From positions 1,897-65,896 of the forward strand of contig QZJZ01000071.1 of NCBI GenBank assembly GCA_003599815.1: 64,000 bases of DNA. Direction: 5' to 3'. This stretch comes from Candidatus Auribacter fodinae. Its GTDB lineage: Bacteria; Auribacterota; Auribacteria; Auribacterales; Auribacteraceae. Positions 9,083-19,016 of this stretch are shown here, piece by piece (the stretch's first letter is position 1; each line of letters starts with the position of its first letter). A program made the translations under genes and the position numbers. The notes beneath the pieces are model-generated. The model made no database searches. It was not told where the DNA came from and saw only the letters and a program-made list of their open reading frames with translations.

Positions 9083-9251
9083 AGTTTCTCTCAATTCTTT
9101 GTTCTGTACGTATAGGAACGTTTTTTTCGACTTTGTATGTTCCCGGCGGTAATCCGGTTGATCCGTCTTCGTGATAATAGGTATTGTAGGAGCATCCGGA
9201 AACGAAGGTTCCTAACGCCGCCAGAATTATCAGTACACAGAATGCCCGCAT
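9069..9251 (-). CDS. Micro-lipoprotein 4 (60 aa), VSG|CSYNTYYH...ERNYVVE
   Basis: GGAGG RBS before ATG 9251; lipobox; paralogous motif. Confidence 0.8.
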   Translation of the reverse strand: MRAFCVLIILAALGTFVSGCSYNTYYHEDGSTGLPPGTYKVEKNVPIRTEQRIERNYVVE

Positions 9252-9297
9252 GGTATAATCCTCCAAATATACTATTTAGACCGCGTCTTTCCGGCGG

Positions 9298-9447
9298 TTA
9301 TTCAACAACATAATGTTCGCGGACAACAACGCCTTCGCTCGCCGCTTCTTCTTTTCCGTAATAGTGTTTTTCGTATGTACAACCCATAAGAGCAACGATA
9401 CATACACCCATACAGCATACAACCAGTAACAGACGGTTTGTGTTCAT
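9298..9447 (-). CDS. Micro-lipoprotein 3 (49 aa), LMG|CTYEKHYY...REHYVVE
   Basis: AGAGGGT RBS before ATG 9447; lipobox-like; paralogous motif. Confidence 0.8.
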   Translation of the reverse strand: MNTNRLLLVVCCMGVCIVALMGCTYEKHYYGKEEAASEGVVVREHYVVE

Positions 9448-9490
9448 AATATACCCTCTTTTTTTAAAGACTGGTAAATGTTTCAAAAGT

Positions 9491-9616
9491 TCATTGTCCG
9501 CTTGCGCCGACAGCGGGAGGAGGAACATGATAATATTCGTTATATGTACAGCCGATGATTGTTGTCGCCAGTAACGCGCTGAGCGCGATCACCAACAGCA
9601 GAGTACGCGATGCCAT
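9491..9616 (-). CDS. Micro-lipoprotein 2 (41 aa) MASRTLLLVIALSALLATTIIG|CTYNEYYHVPPPAVGASGQ
   Basis: Manually translated; AAGGAG RBS; missing from ORF track. Confidence 0.8.
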   Translation of the reverse strand: MASRTLLLVIALSALLATTIIGCTYNEYYHVPPPAVGASGQ

Positions 9617-9664
9617 TGTTTTTTCTCCTTGGTAGTTTATTTCGGTACCGCTACATTCAATAGA

Positions 9665-9796
9665 TTAATACCGTTCCTGAGTCCTGAACTCTTCCATACT
9701 GCCGGGGTAATAATGTTCATTGTACGTACAACCGGCAACATACATTACCGCAAGTCCAAGTGCACACAGAAGAATCAGCGTTCGAAACAGTTTCAT
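9665..9796 (-). CDS. Micro-lipoprotein 1 (43 aa) MKLFRTLILLCALGLAVMYVAG|CTYNEHYYPGSMEEFRTQERY
   Basis: Manually translated; AAGGAG RBS; VAGC lipobox; missing from ORF track. Confidence 0.82.
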   Translation of the reverse strand: MKLFRTLILLCALGLAVMYVAGCTYNEHYYPGSMEEFRTQERY

Positions 9797-9903
9797 ACAC
9801 GGCTCCTTGTTTCAGTGAAAAAGTTATATTTGTTACACATCGAACATGATTCATATAATAAAATTATTCGTGCAATAATAAAAGAATAAATTTCATACTT
9901 ATT

Positions 9904-11247
9904 TTATCTGCGTTCCTGCCCGATGAGATACCATAATTCTTCAAGGTCAACCTCAACGGTCACTTCTACACTGCCGTCCTCATTGTAAACCGGCTCGCCG
10001 ATTCTTCGCGCGCCGGAGAGAAATGCGGTTACTTCCGTGCTGACCCGGTCGTCCTGAGTGACATAATCGCGGATAGTTGTTTGTGAATCGATGTTGATTC
10101 CGTATATCTGTTCCACCAGATTCCTGCGCGCGTCGATTTCAGCGGCTCGTTCCGCGTTGACGCGCGCGGCGGGGCCTTGTTCGCCGCGGTACGGCACACC
10201 CACGCCGGTTGCGATGATGGTCTGTCTCGCCCAGTCAGGGACATTGCTCGCCGGAGCCGGGGCAACAGGCTGAGCCTGAACAGGAGGTGTGAAGAAATCG
10301 GATTCGGCTACTGTTCCCGTCCCGGTCGCCTGAATCCGTTTTTTTTCTTTTACATCAATGGTTTTTTCAAAATCCACGGTACGGAAAATGTCACGTTTAA
10401 AGAAATGCTCTTTTTGAACGAGATGCTGCTGCATGGTGGTCAGTTCCTTGACCACATCCTGAATGGTAACCTGCACATCCACTTCAACAATGCCTTCAGG
10501 GTGGTACCTGTACGGGCTGATCTGCTTGATCCCTTTGATAAACGTGTCAAGGTTGGTTCTGACAGTATCGCTTTCAGTGATGAAGTCACGTACATAGGTA
10601 TCGCCGGTGATCTGAAGCCCTTCAACCCGTTCTGCAAGGTTACGCCGCGCGTCGGTCAGGGCGGCGCGTTCCGCTTTGAGCCGCCCTTGTGCGGTAACAT
10701 TATCCCAGCCGGGCATGTTCGCGAAATCTGAATCCTTGTAAGAACCATATGTTCCCGAACCGTTGTCCGAGGATGCCTGAGGCGCGCCGGTGTTAGCAGT
10801 ACCCGTAGCGATAAACTCTTTTTTCACGACATATTCTTTCATTGAGTTTGTTTCAAGCGGCGGCTGGTCGGGCCCGCGGTAATAGCTGATACGTGAAATC
10901 GCTTCCATTACCTGAGCGAGTGTAACCTGCACATCCACTTCAGCGGTGATAGATCCGTCCGTTTCTGTGGTAAACCGTGGTTCGCCGAGCACTTTGGCTC
11001 CCTGAATGAAATCGTCGAAATGCGTGCTGATCTGATCGTTTTCTGACACAAAGTCGCGCACATAGGTGTTGGCGTTGATCTGCAGGCCTTTGATCATCTC
11101 GCTAAGCTGACGGTAGGCGTCCACCTGAGCCGCCCTTTTGACTTTGAGTATCCGCTGAGCGTGTGTTTCCGCTGAGAGCCGGGGCGTCATTGTTCCCGAA
11201 AGTATGCCGATGACGCTGATTACAGTAAGAATTTCAGATATTCTCAT
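9904..11247 (-). CDS. Secreted protein with three tandem LPP20/FlgP-like domains
   Basis: Three copies of RAA..DA.R.L.E...G..I...T.[VI]RD[FY]; signal peptide; AAGGAG RBS. Confidence 0.8.
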   Translation of the reverse strand: MRISEILTVISVIGILSGTMTPRLSAETHAQRILKVKRAAQVDAYRQLSEMIKGLQINANTYVRDFVSENDQISTHFDDFIQGAKVLGEPRFTTETDGSITAEVDVQVTLAQVMEAISRISYYRGPDQPPLETNSMKEYVVKKEFIATGTANTGAPQASSDNGSGTYGSYKDSDFANMPGWDNVTAQGRLKAERAALTDARRNLAERVEGLQITGDTYVRDFITESDTVRTNLDTFIKGIKQISPYRYHPEGIVEVDVQVTIQDVVKELTTMQQHLVQKEHFFKRDIFRTVDFEKTIDVKEKKRIQATGTGTVAESDFFTPPVQAQPVAPAPASNVPDWARQTIIATGVGVPYRGEQGPAARVNAERAAEIDARRNLVEQIYGINIDSQTTIRDYVTQDDRVSTEVTAFLSGARRIGEPVYNEDGSVEVTVEVDLEELWYLIGQERR

Positions 11248-11264
11248 ACATTAATTCTCCTTGC

Positions 11265-11792
11265 TTATTTATTCCATGAGTGCCATTCTTTATAAGAAAC
11301 AAAATCAACATTATTCTGAATCCGTTCGTATTCCTCGGCGGAGATTTCCTGAATCCGTACGCCGTTCTTGATAAAATGGTCGTAAATACGGTCTGTCACA
11401 TTAAAAAAGAGCACCATTTCCACAAATGCTGACTTTTCCGTTTCTGATGTATATTCATCGTACACCGCCGCGCCGCTGAGAAATCCATGTACGGCATATT
11501 CTCCATCCTGTATACTGTTTTGCGATGCGGGCAGTTGCGTTACCAGTTGACGGTAGGCGTCAACCCGCGCCGCCCGTTTTGCCATCAGCCATGCCTGAGA
11601 CCTTGAAAACCGCCTGTTCCCAGTTGCGTTGCCATAACCGGCAACGTGGAGTATCCCGTAGCGGTTGTTCATCAGGTCGGTATATATATTGAGTACCGGA
11701 TCCATGCGGGATGCGGATGATTGCGCGAGGCCGGGCACGGCAAACAGAGAAACTATCACGAATATCAGGCAGGTTCGGTATATAATATTCAT
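11265..11792 (-). CDS. Secreted LPP20/FlgP-like protein (single domain)
   Basis: G.G.......Q..LMAKRAARVDAYRQL; ATG 11792 after AAGGG gives a signal peptide. Confidence 0.7.
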   Translation of the reverse strand: MNIIYRTCLIFVIVSLFAVPGLAQSSASRMDPVLNIYTDLMNNRYGILHVAGYGNATGNRRFSRSQAWLMAKRAARVDAYRQLVTQLPASQNSIQDGEYAVHGFLSGAAVYDEYTSETEKSAFVEMVLFFNVTDRIYDHFIKNGVRIQEISAEEYERIQNNVDFVSYKEWHSWNK

Positions 11793-11928
11793 GAATGTCC
11801 CTTTCTTCAAATTGAACAAAATTGCAATTATGATACCAAATTTATAAAGTACCACTTTTAATTTCTGAAACCAATGCATTTCTTGTTAAGACGTGCGAAA
11901 TAAAAGGTGTATTCGTAAAGATAATGCC

Positions 11929-13299
11929 ATGTCGATGAATGAGAGTAAAAACAGTATCCTGCTGGTGCAGTCGCCGCGTATCTGGCCGAGGCTTCCGCCG
12001 CTTGGGATGGCGGCATTATACGGGTACCTGCGCGCAAACGGGATTGACGTGTCCGTGATGGATGTCAACCAGCGGCTTTATCAGGTTGTTGACGATTCTA
12101 TCAAGCAATTGTGGGAACTGCCTGTCTATCCGGCATTTTCACGGGCGTTATGGGATTTTTTGAATCGTCATCACCCACAGAAAACCGAGTCGCTGATTGA
12201 AGAAATAGCCGGACATCCTGCTCAGGTGATAGGATTTTCTGTCTGGCATAGTTCCCTGCATTTTTCGGTGTCTCTGGCGCAGGCTGTTAAACTTCGTGCA
12301 CCGGAAAAACGGATCGTTGCCGGCGGCCCTGAAGTAACATTGCGGTATCGCGCGAACAAAGATATCACCAATATTTTTTCGTTTGCCGACCTGATTATCG
12401 TTGGCGAAGGCGAAAAAGCATTGTTAAATTATTTAACTAATGGAGCAGATGCGGTAAATAAAATTTGCGTTTCTGATCCGCCTGAAATCCGAACATTGCC
12501 GGCGCCGGATTTTTCAGGATTGAAATCGTATCCTTACCGGTACAGCAGTGCACTGCCGGTGTGGATGTCGAGAGGGTGTATACGAAGGTGCGCGTTTTGC
12601 GCGGAACATACATTGACAGATTCGTTTCGTATGAAGAATCCGCGTACAGTGGTCGATGAACTCCAACACTTTTATTTCCACGACGGCATCTCGCATTTCG
12701 TGTTTTATGATTCGCTGATAAATGGTGACTTACAGATTTTCGAGGAGTTTCTTGACCGGATGGTCCAATCCGCTTTGCCGATCAAGTGGGAAGGACAGGT
12801 GCTGATTCGCCGTGACATGCCTTCCCGTCTTTTTGTAAAAATGAAACAGGCGGGATGTTACAACATGTTTATAGGGCTGGAAAGCGGTTCGAACAGGATA
12901 TTAAAGCTCATGCGCAAAGGGTTTACCACAGAAGACGCAACCCGTTTTTTTCAGTATGCGTATAACGCAGGACTGCATTTTGAAGTGAGCATGATACTCG
13001 GTTTTCCCGGGGAACAGGAAGACGATTTCAGGACAACGATCCGTTTTTTTCAAGATAACGCGTTGATTATTCCCAAACTGGCACAGGCAAACCCGTATAT
13101 TGAGCTCGAGGCATCGCCGATATTCAGGGAAAACGGTATCAGAGGAAGAATTCCGCCTTCTCAGGTTGTACGGCAATGGATAACCGAGCTTGTTGAAACG
13201 TGCAGGCAAAACAATATAGCCGTTACTCCTGCATATATCAATAACCTTACGTTATATGAAGCAGGTTTTGACGCTGTTTCCGGTAAGGTAGTTATGTGA
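11929..13299 (+). CDS. B12-binding domain radical SAM protein
   Basis: PPLG.A.L..YL, GGPE, SRGCIRRCAFC (CxxxCxxC), IGLESGS; start approximate. Confidence 0.9.
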   Translation: MSMNESKNSILLVQSPRIWPRLPPLGMAALYGYLRANGIDVSVMDVNQRLYQVVDDSIKQLWELPVYPAFSRALWDFLNRHHPQKTESLIEEIAGHPAQVIGFSVWHSSLHFSVSLAQAVKLRAPEKRIVAGGPEVTLRYRANKDITNIFSFADLIIVGEGEKALLNYLTNGADAVNKICVSDPPEIRTLPAPDFSGLKSYPYRYSSALPVWMSRGCIRRCAFCAEHTLTDSFRMKNPRTVVDELQHFYFHDGISHFVFYDSLINGDLQIFEEFLDRMVQSALPIKWEGQVLIRRDMPSRLFVKMKQAGCYNMFIGLESGSNRILKLMRKGFTTEDATRFFQYAYNAGLHFEVSMILGFPGEQEDDFRTTIRFFQDNALIIPKLAQANPYIELEASPIFRENGIRGRIPPSQVVRQWITELVETCRQNNIAVTPAYINNLTLYEAGFDAVSGKVVM

Positions 13300-14398
13300 G
13301 GTACGCTTTGAATCGGTCCTTAAAGGCGTGGACGAACTGGGTATTGTCAAACTTAACCGCGTGTTCACGGATTTTGACGTGCGAGAAATCGAGTTTGCGA
13401 GCGTAGAGCACTGCCTGGCATAAGGCGTCTACGGTTTGCTCCTCAAAAAATACGCCTGTAAATTCCTGCGCTCCGGGACGATAGCCGATAACCGTCTCAG
13501 TAGCGCCCCCTTTCTTATAAGCGACAACCGGTTTGCCGCAGCACATCGCTTCAAGCGGAGTGATGCCGAAATCCTCTTCGCCCGGAAAAATAAAAGCCCG
13601 GCACCGCTGGTAATACTGGAGCACCTGCTCATCCGGTAACCAGCCATGGAACACGATTGAATCGCCTGCCATTTTGCGCAGTCGTTTTTCGTCCTGCCCC
13701 GACCCGATGATATGAAGCGGGAACCCGAGCTTGTTGAACGCTTCAATGGCGAGATCAACTTTTTTGTACGGGGCAAGCGCTGATACCATCAGATAAAAAT
13801 CTTCCTGCTGTTCGCTGAGCGTATAGAATGAGCTGTCCACAGGCGGATATATTACAGAAGCGTCCCTGCCGTAATTCCGTTTGATCCGTTTTGCCACATG
13901 CTCGGATATGGCGATAAACTCGTCCACACGGGAATTGGCGGATATGTCCCATGTGCGCAGTTTGCTGAGCATGAGCGGGATAGTGATTTTTTTAAAAAAG
14001 GGCATTGTCTTGAGCGGAAAATACTCGTGGCGCATATCCCATGCATAGCGCATCGGAGTGTAGCAGTAACAGATATGGCGCGCGTGGACTCCGGGCAGTA
14101 CGCCTTTAGCCACGCAATGACTGCTACTGACCACCAAATCAAAATCGCTTAGGTCGAAATTCTCTATCGCCGCTGGAAAAAGCGGCAGGTAGTACCGGTA
14201 CTTGCGCGCAACTCCCGGCAGTTTTTGTATATACGACGTGTGAATCTTATGCGCTTCTATTTCAGGCGACACTTTACCCGGCAGGTGCAGAAGCGTGAAT
14301 ATTTCCGCCTGCGGGAATATCCCGCACAGCAGTTCAAGGCATTTTTCGCCGCCCCGCATACCGGTTAACCAGTCGTGAATCAACGCAACTTTTTTCAT
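13292..14398 (-). CDS. Glycosyltransferase family 4
   Basis: HDWLTGMRGGEK, EEDFGITPLEAM. Confidence 0.92.
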   Translation of the reverse strand: MKKVALIHDWLTGMRGGEKCLELLCGIFPQAEIFTLLHLPGKVSPEIEAHKIHTSYIQKLPGVARKYRYYLPLFPAAIENFDLSDFDLVVSSSHCVAKGVLPGVHARHICYCYTPMRYAWDMRHEYFPLKTMPFFKKITIPLMLSKLRTWDISANSRVDEFIAISEHVAKRIKRNYGRDASVIYPPVDSSFYTLSEQQEDFYLMVSALAPYKKVDLAIEAFNKLGFPLHIIGSGQDEKRLRKMAGDSIVFHGWLPDEQVLQYYQRCRAFIFPGEEDFGITPLEAMCCGKPVVAYKKGGATETVIGYRPGAQEFTGVFFEEQTVDALCQAVLYARKLDFSHVKIREHAVKFDNTQFVHAFKDRFKAYLT

Positions 14399-15480
14399 GA
14401 CAGCATCTCCCTGAATATGGTGAGCAGTTTTTCTGCGGATTTTGGCCACGAATATTTCTTCACCTGTTCAAATCCTTTTTTTTCTAAGCGTTTGCGCAGT
14501 TCGTTGTTTTCAATGGTGTTGTACAGCCCGTCCGCCATGCTGTCAACATCGTTGGGATCAACCGCGGTGTAGGCGTCGCCGAGCACTTCGGGTATGGATG
14601 AACAGTTCGAACTGACTACCGGCACGCCGTGCATCATCGCCTCGACCGGCGGTATGCCGAACCCTTCGTACAGCGATGGAAAGAAGAGCGCCGAGGCGTT
14701 CTCGTACAGCGACAACAGCTCGCCGGGCGGTACGTATTTCATACAGTAGATGTCAGGTATGGACTTCACTTCAGACTGTTTATAAAAGTCTTTGGATATG
14801 CCGACCGCCGCCATCTGGATAAACCTGCCCGTTATGCGGAACCGCGCTTTTGCGTAAGCATGGACTGCATTGATAAAATTTTTGTGCGGCATTTCGTTTC
14901 CCACAAACAGCACATAACCGGGGCGGAGCCCTTCTACGGAACACTGCCTTTTTTGTTCATCAGGAGTGAAACCCGCGTTATACACCACACTGATTTTACC
15001 GGCGTCAACCCGGCATAAACGGGCGATGTCAGCTCGCGAGTTTTCCGAGCAGGTGATTATCCTGTCAGCTTTGCGCGCGAGGGGCTTTACTATAAAACGG
15101 TAATACGGTTTGTATTTGAATGGGAAAAACGCAGGGAATATCATTGGTATAAGATCATGTATATGGACAAGGACAGGGCACGGCGCGAAATACGGCGCGG
15201 TGAATGTCGGGCTGTAAAACAGGTCCGGTTTCAGCGTATTAAGTACACGGGGCAGGTCAATCTGTTCGCGCAGGGAATAGAGTTTCGCGTCTGTCATATA
15301 CAGGGAGACATTGGATTTTACCGGCAGTATGGCATCGCAATAGTCGTTGGCGCACAGGATGGTATAGCGATGATCGTCATCAAGCGCCAGCAGGTGTTTT
15401 AATAGCTGTTCACTGACACGCGAAATACCGTGTACACGTCCGTCGCACACGCGCGCGTCTATTATAATATGTTTGGGCAT
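14395..15480 (-). CDS. Glycosyltransferase family 4 (mannosyltransferase-like)
   Basis: [21 protein letters not shown]. Confidence 0.92.
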   Translation of the reverse strand: MPKHIIIDARVCDGRVHGISRVSEQLLKHLLALDDDHRYTILCANDYCDAILPVKSNVSLYMTDAKLYSLREQIDLPRVLNTLKPDLFYSPTFTAPYFAPCPVLVHIHDLIPMIFPAFFPFKYKPYYRFIVKPLARKADRIITCSENSRADIARLCRVDAGKISVVYNAGFTPDEQKRQCSVEGLRPGYVLFVGNEMPHKNFINAVHAYAKARFRITGRFIQMAAVGISKDFYKQSEVKSIPDIYCMKYVPPGELLSLYENASALFFPSLYEGFGIPPVEAMMHGVPVVSSNCSSIPEVLGDAYTAVDPNDVDSMADGLYNTIENNELRKRLEKKGFEQVKKYSWPKSAEKLLTIFREMLS

Positions 15481-15481
15481 A

Positions 15482-16663
15482 TCAGGTTCCTGTATTCAAA
15501 GACAGTAACATCTCGTTCAGTTGAGCGACATGGTACTGCCAGCTATAGTTGGACTGTGTGTATGACCGTGCGTCCCGCCCCATTTTTGCGGATGCGGCGC
15601 GGTCATTCAATAATTGTACAATTTTCTGTGAAAAAATCGACCAATTTCCTTCAGGGACGACAAAACCCCGTTCGCCGTCTTTGACCAGCCTGTTGAGCGG
15701 CTCCACATCAATCGTCACCACAGGAAGCCCGCACGCCATGTATTCAAATATTTTCAGCGGCGACCAGTAAAACCCGAATTCGATCAGAGGCGGATATGCG
15801 CTTCGGTCGTACGGGGCTATACCCACATCGCCGATTGAAAGGTAGAGGGGCACAGTAGTATATGGCAATGATCCCGTGAATATGAATGAGCCGGTAAGCC
15901 CGGCGTCTTTTACGGCCAGTTCTACTGCGGCTCGTTCGTTTCCCGCTCCGATGGTCACGAAACAGGCGTCTGGAATTTTCTTCAGCACTTCAGCGGCTAT
16001 GACAGGCAGGTGATGCACACCGTGCCACGCCCTGAACGTACCAAGAAAAATAACGACGGGCTGATCAGGACGAATCCCTAATTTTTTTCGCAACGCTTTT
16101 TTGTCCGTATCAGGAATATTCTCATTATCAAAGAGGTCGCAGTTCGCCGCCCAGTCTACCAGCATGACCCGCTCTTTCACAAAAGGAGGCACGACAGATG
16201 ACAGGGTAGCGATAATTCTCGTTGCGCTTCGCATCTGGAAATCGCGCCATTTCAGGAGAAGCCAGCGTAATATCCTGTTTTTCACCTTGAACCGGTACAG
16301 GAGTTCGTCAGTATGCGGGCTGTTTATTTCCAATACCAGCGGTGTCCTTGTTATACGCGCTATAAGCGCCAGCGTACCACCGAAGGTGACAAACCGTTCC
16401 ATCAGTATATCCGGTTTGAAACGAAGGATGGCAAAAAGTTTCAGTAACGCGGCAAGGGGTATGGTGTATTTCCTCATTTTCATCGGAACACGGATGATGC
16501 GCACTCCGTTGATGACATCGGACGCCTGTTGTCCGTGGTCGCGGGGGCAGACCGCGAGTATCTCGTGCCCCAGTTGAGCAAGCCCTGCCGCTACTTCCAT
16601 AAAGTGAGTTGACCCGCCGGTGTTGCCCGGAACGGGCTCACCGCCGATGTAGACGATTCTCAT
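15482..16663 (-). CDS. Glycosyltransferase family 4
   Basis: GTFRAWHG, SPLKIFEYMACGLPVV. Confidence 0.92.
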   Translation of the reverse strand: MRIVYIGGEPVPGNTGGSTHFMEVAAGLAQLGHEILAVCPRDHGQQASDVINGVRIIRVPMKMRKYTIPLAALLKLFAILRFKPDILMERFVTFGGTLALIARITRTPLVLEINSPHTDELLYRFKVKNRILRWLLLKWRDFQMRSATRIIATLSSVVPPFVKERVMLVDWAANCDLFDNENIPDTDKKALRKKLGIRPDQPVVIFLGTFRAWHGVHHLPVIAAEVLKKIPDACFVTIGAGNERAAVELAVKDAGLTGSFIFTGSLPYTTVPLYLSIGDVGIAPYDRSAYPPLIEFGFYWSPLKIFEYMACGLPVVTIDVEPLNRLVKDGERGFVVPEGNWSIFSQKIVQLLNDRAASAKMGRDARSYTQSNYSWQYHVAQLNEMLLSLNTGT

Positions 16664-17877
16664 GCGTGCCGCCGTTTGCGTTTAATATGTTTCCAGTACA
16701 GTTCGAGTGTTTGTCTGACCATTTCGTCGGACGAAAAAAAAGCGCTCACCCGTTCTCCGCTCTTTTTACTTAAATAATCCAGTGTTTCAGTATCTGACAA
16801 CATATATTCAAGCTGATCTTTCAGGTCGTCGGAATCGCCGGGATTGAAAAGCAAACCTGCGTCGCCTATCACTTCAGGGATTGCCCCGTGCCGCGACCCG
16901 ATCACCGGAGTTCCGTATGACATGGCTTCTGCCGCGACAAGCCCGAACGCCGGATGAGTTAGTTCAGGATAGACAAACAGGTCAGCCGCCGCGAAATACC
17001 TGGTAAACTGATCGTAAGGAAGGCTTCCAAGAAACACTACGTTCCGTATGCCCCGATCTTCCGCCATCTTTTTCAGCACAGGCAGGTATGACCCGTCACC
17101 AGCCACAGCGAGGGTCGCGTTGTCGCAATTCATTTTTGACCATGCCTCGATCAGTATATGCACGCCTTTCTGCACTTCAACTCTGCCTGAAGAGAGAACC
17201 AGCGTATTGTTTATGCCCAGCTTTTTTTTCAGTTTGGACTTGGGTATGTCTGAAGCGGGTGGTATAGTCACCCCGCAGTAAATCCGTGTGACCTGTCCGT
17301 GCGGTAAACCCGGATTAAACCGCTTGAGCTCGTTGGCTGAATAGTCGCTGATAACGATAGTGGCGTCGGACGTTTTTGCCGTGTTATGCATAAATCTCAT
17401 GGAAACGGCTATTTTTGGCAGTTTTGCCAGATGGTACAATTTCTGTGACACCTTCAGTTTCGGGAAAATAAGCCGCTGGTACGGTGTTTCACTGTAACTT
17501 ACACCGAACAGAGTTGTTATAAATGGGATAGATATTTTTCCCCTGAACCCGTATCCTGCCGCGCTCTGGCTATGCACAATATCGAAATTTTTGTTTTGAT
17601 TCACTGCGCAAAACTGATTGTACGCTTTCCTGAAGAATCCGTTGCGGTAACTGCCCGGCCTTGTTCCACCCAGAAAACAGGTGGTGATGTTCCCTCGTTT
17701 TTTATAGGTGGTTGTCTGGCGCGGCTGATTTGGTAGCGCCGTGGTTATGATATACACTTTATTGCCCCTGTCGGACAACCCGCTGGCAAGCCGGTCGATA
17801 TAATACTGCATGCCTCCGAAACTGTGGTCAGAGGTTATCCGTGTCACAATACAAACAGAAAGCGAGCGTGATTTCAT
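16660..17877 (-). CDS. Glycosyltransferase family 4
   Basis: GGMQ, GR...QKG, FGLVAAEAMSYGTPVI. Confidence 0.9.
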   Translation of the reverse strand: MKSRSLSVCIVTRITSDHSFGGMQYYIDRLASGLSDRGNKVYIITTALPNQPRQTTTYKKRGNITTCFLGGTRPGSYRNGFFRKAYNQFCAVNQNKNFDIVHSQSAAGYGFRGKISIPFITTLFGVSYSETPYQRLIFPKLKVSQKLYHLAKLPKIAVSMRFMHNTAKTSDATIVISDYSANELKRFNPGLPHGQVTRIYCGVTIPPASDIPKSKLKKKLGINNTLVLSSGRVEVQKGVHILIEAWSKMNCDNATLAVAGDGSYLPVLKKMAEDRGIRNVVFLGSLPYDQFTRYFAAADLFVYPELTHPAFGLVAAEAMSYGTPVIGSRHGAIPEVIGDAGLLFNPGDSDDLKDQLEYMLSDTETLDYLSKKSGERVSAFFSSDEMVRQTLELYWKHIKRKRRHA

Positions 17878-19016
17878 AAGCTGTTACATATATGTTTATA
17901 AATTTCTGCGGTTTTTTCTGCGGACAATTCAGCCCTGTATACACTGTTGATGGTTTGTTGTGCTTTGCAACCGAATTGTTTACGTTTTGAGTCATCAAGC
18001 AGGAGCTCGCTTATGCGCAACGCGAGTTCCTCGGATGACCTGGGTGTCACCAGATACCCTGACACGCCGTCCTGTATCACTTCAGGGATACCGTCGACAT
18101 TGGAACCGACTACGGGTATGCCCATAGCCATGGTTTCAAGAATAACTCTCGGCAGTCCCTCAAAGAGAGACGGACAAACAAGTATATCAAATATATGCAT
18201 AATGTCGATAATATCTTTGCGGTATCCGGTGAACTTTACATGGTTGAGAATACCTAGCTCAGCACATTTTTTTTTCAGGATTTCCGTCGCTTCGGCATCT
18301 TCTCCGGCTGTAATTAACAGCACGTCTCGTGATTCGATGATGCGGGGCATTGCTTCAAGCAGATGCATGATGCCTTTTTTGCCGAAGGAGCTTCCTCGTA
18401 TTCGCGCGACAAAACCGATGACCGCAGTGGATTTGCCAATGCCCAGCCGTTCTCTGATTTCCTTCGCAGGCGCATTGGATTGTATGCGGTCAAGGTCGAG
18501 CCCGTTAATAATGTGCACGCATTTCTGCGGGTTGACACGGGCGTACTGAATAATATCGTCGTAGGTTGCGTGCGAGACGCATATAAGTTTTTTAAAGAAA
18601 CGGCGAAGTATAAAATGGTAGACTGCAGAACCCAGTGACCTGACTTTCTGTCCGTGCTGGTCCATGTTAATCCTGTCGTGTATTGTAGTGACTGCGGGGG
18701 TGCGCGTTATAACTGACGCCAGAGCACCGATCAGGTCTTCCTGCCGGTTATGGGTGTGAATCAGAGCGATGTTCCGCTCACGGACAATGGCGCACAACCG
18801 TTTCAATGCGGAAAAGTCACGTTTATGCCTGATATGCAGGTGGTGAACAACAATTCCTTCGCGCTCAAGGATATGGAACAACGGTGAATCCTGCGGTACA
18901 GCCGCTTCAACGGGCATATCAATTTTTTTCAGGTATTTCAGGATGGTGCGAACATGTTCTTCGCCACCGCCGAAAACGCGGGAATTGCAAACGTGAAGCA
19001 CAGCAGGTTTTGTCAT
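17874..19016 (-). CDS. Glycosyltransferase family 4
   Basis: GGGE, PSLFEGLPRVILETMAMGIPVV. Confidence 0.92.
   Translation of the reverse strand: MTKPAVLHVCNSRVFGGGEEHVRTILKYLKKIDMPVEAAVPQDSPLFHILEREGIVVHHLHIRHKRDFSALKRLCAIVRERNIALIHTHNRQEDLIGALASVITRTPAVTTIHDRINMDQHGQKVRSLGSAVYHFILRRFFKKLICVSHATYDDIIQYARVNPQKCVHIINGLDLDRIQSNAPAKEIRERLGIGKSTAVIGFVARIRGSSFGKKGIMHLLEAMPRIIESRDVLLITAGEDAEATEILKKKCAELGILNHVKFTGYRKDIIDIMHIFDILVCPSLFEGLPRVILETMAMGIPVVGSNVDGIPEVIQDGVSGYLVTPRSSEELALRISELLLDDSKRKQFGCKAQQTINSVYRAELSAEKTAEIYKHICNSL

Noticed and set aside
9448-9528. N-terminal extension of ORF 9298..9528
   Set aside because: Overlaps micro-lipoprotein 2 in another frame; RBS and signal peptide fit ATG 9447.
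9069-9796. Peptide array as RiPP precursors (YYH recalls biarylitides; radical SAM nearby)
   Set aside because: Leaders are ordinary lipoprotein signals; no P450, SPASM or RRE protein, or peptide exporter nearby. Not fully excluded.
9629-9889. 86-aa plus-strand ORF
   Set aside because: Antisense to micro-lipoprotein 1, TTG start and no recognisable features.
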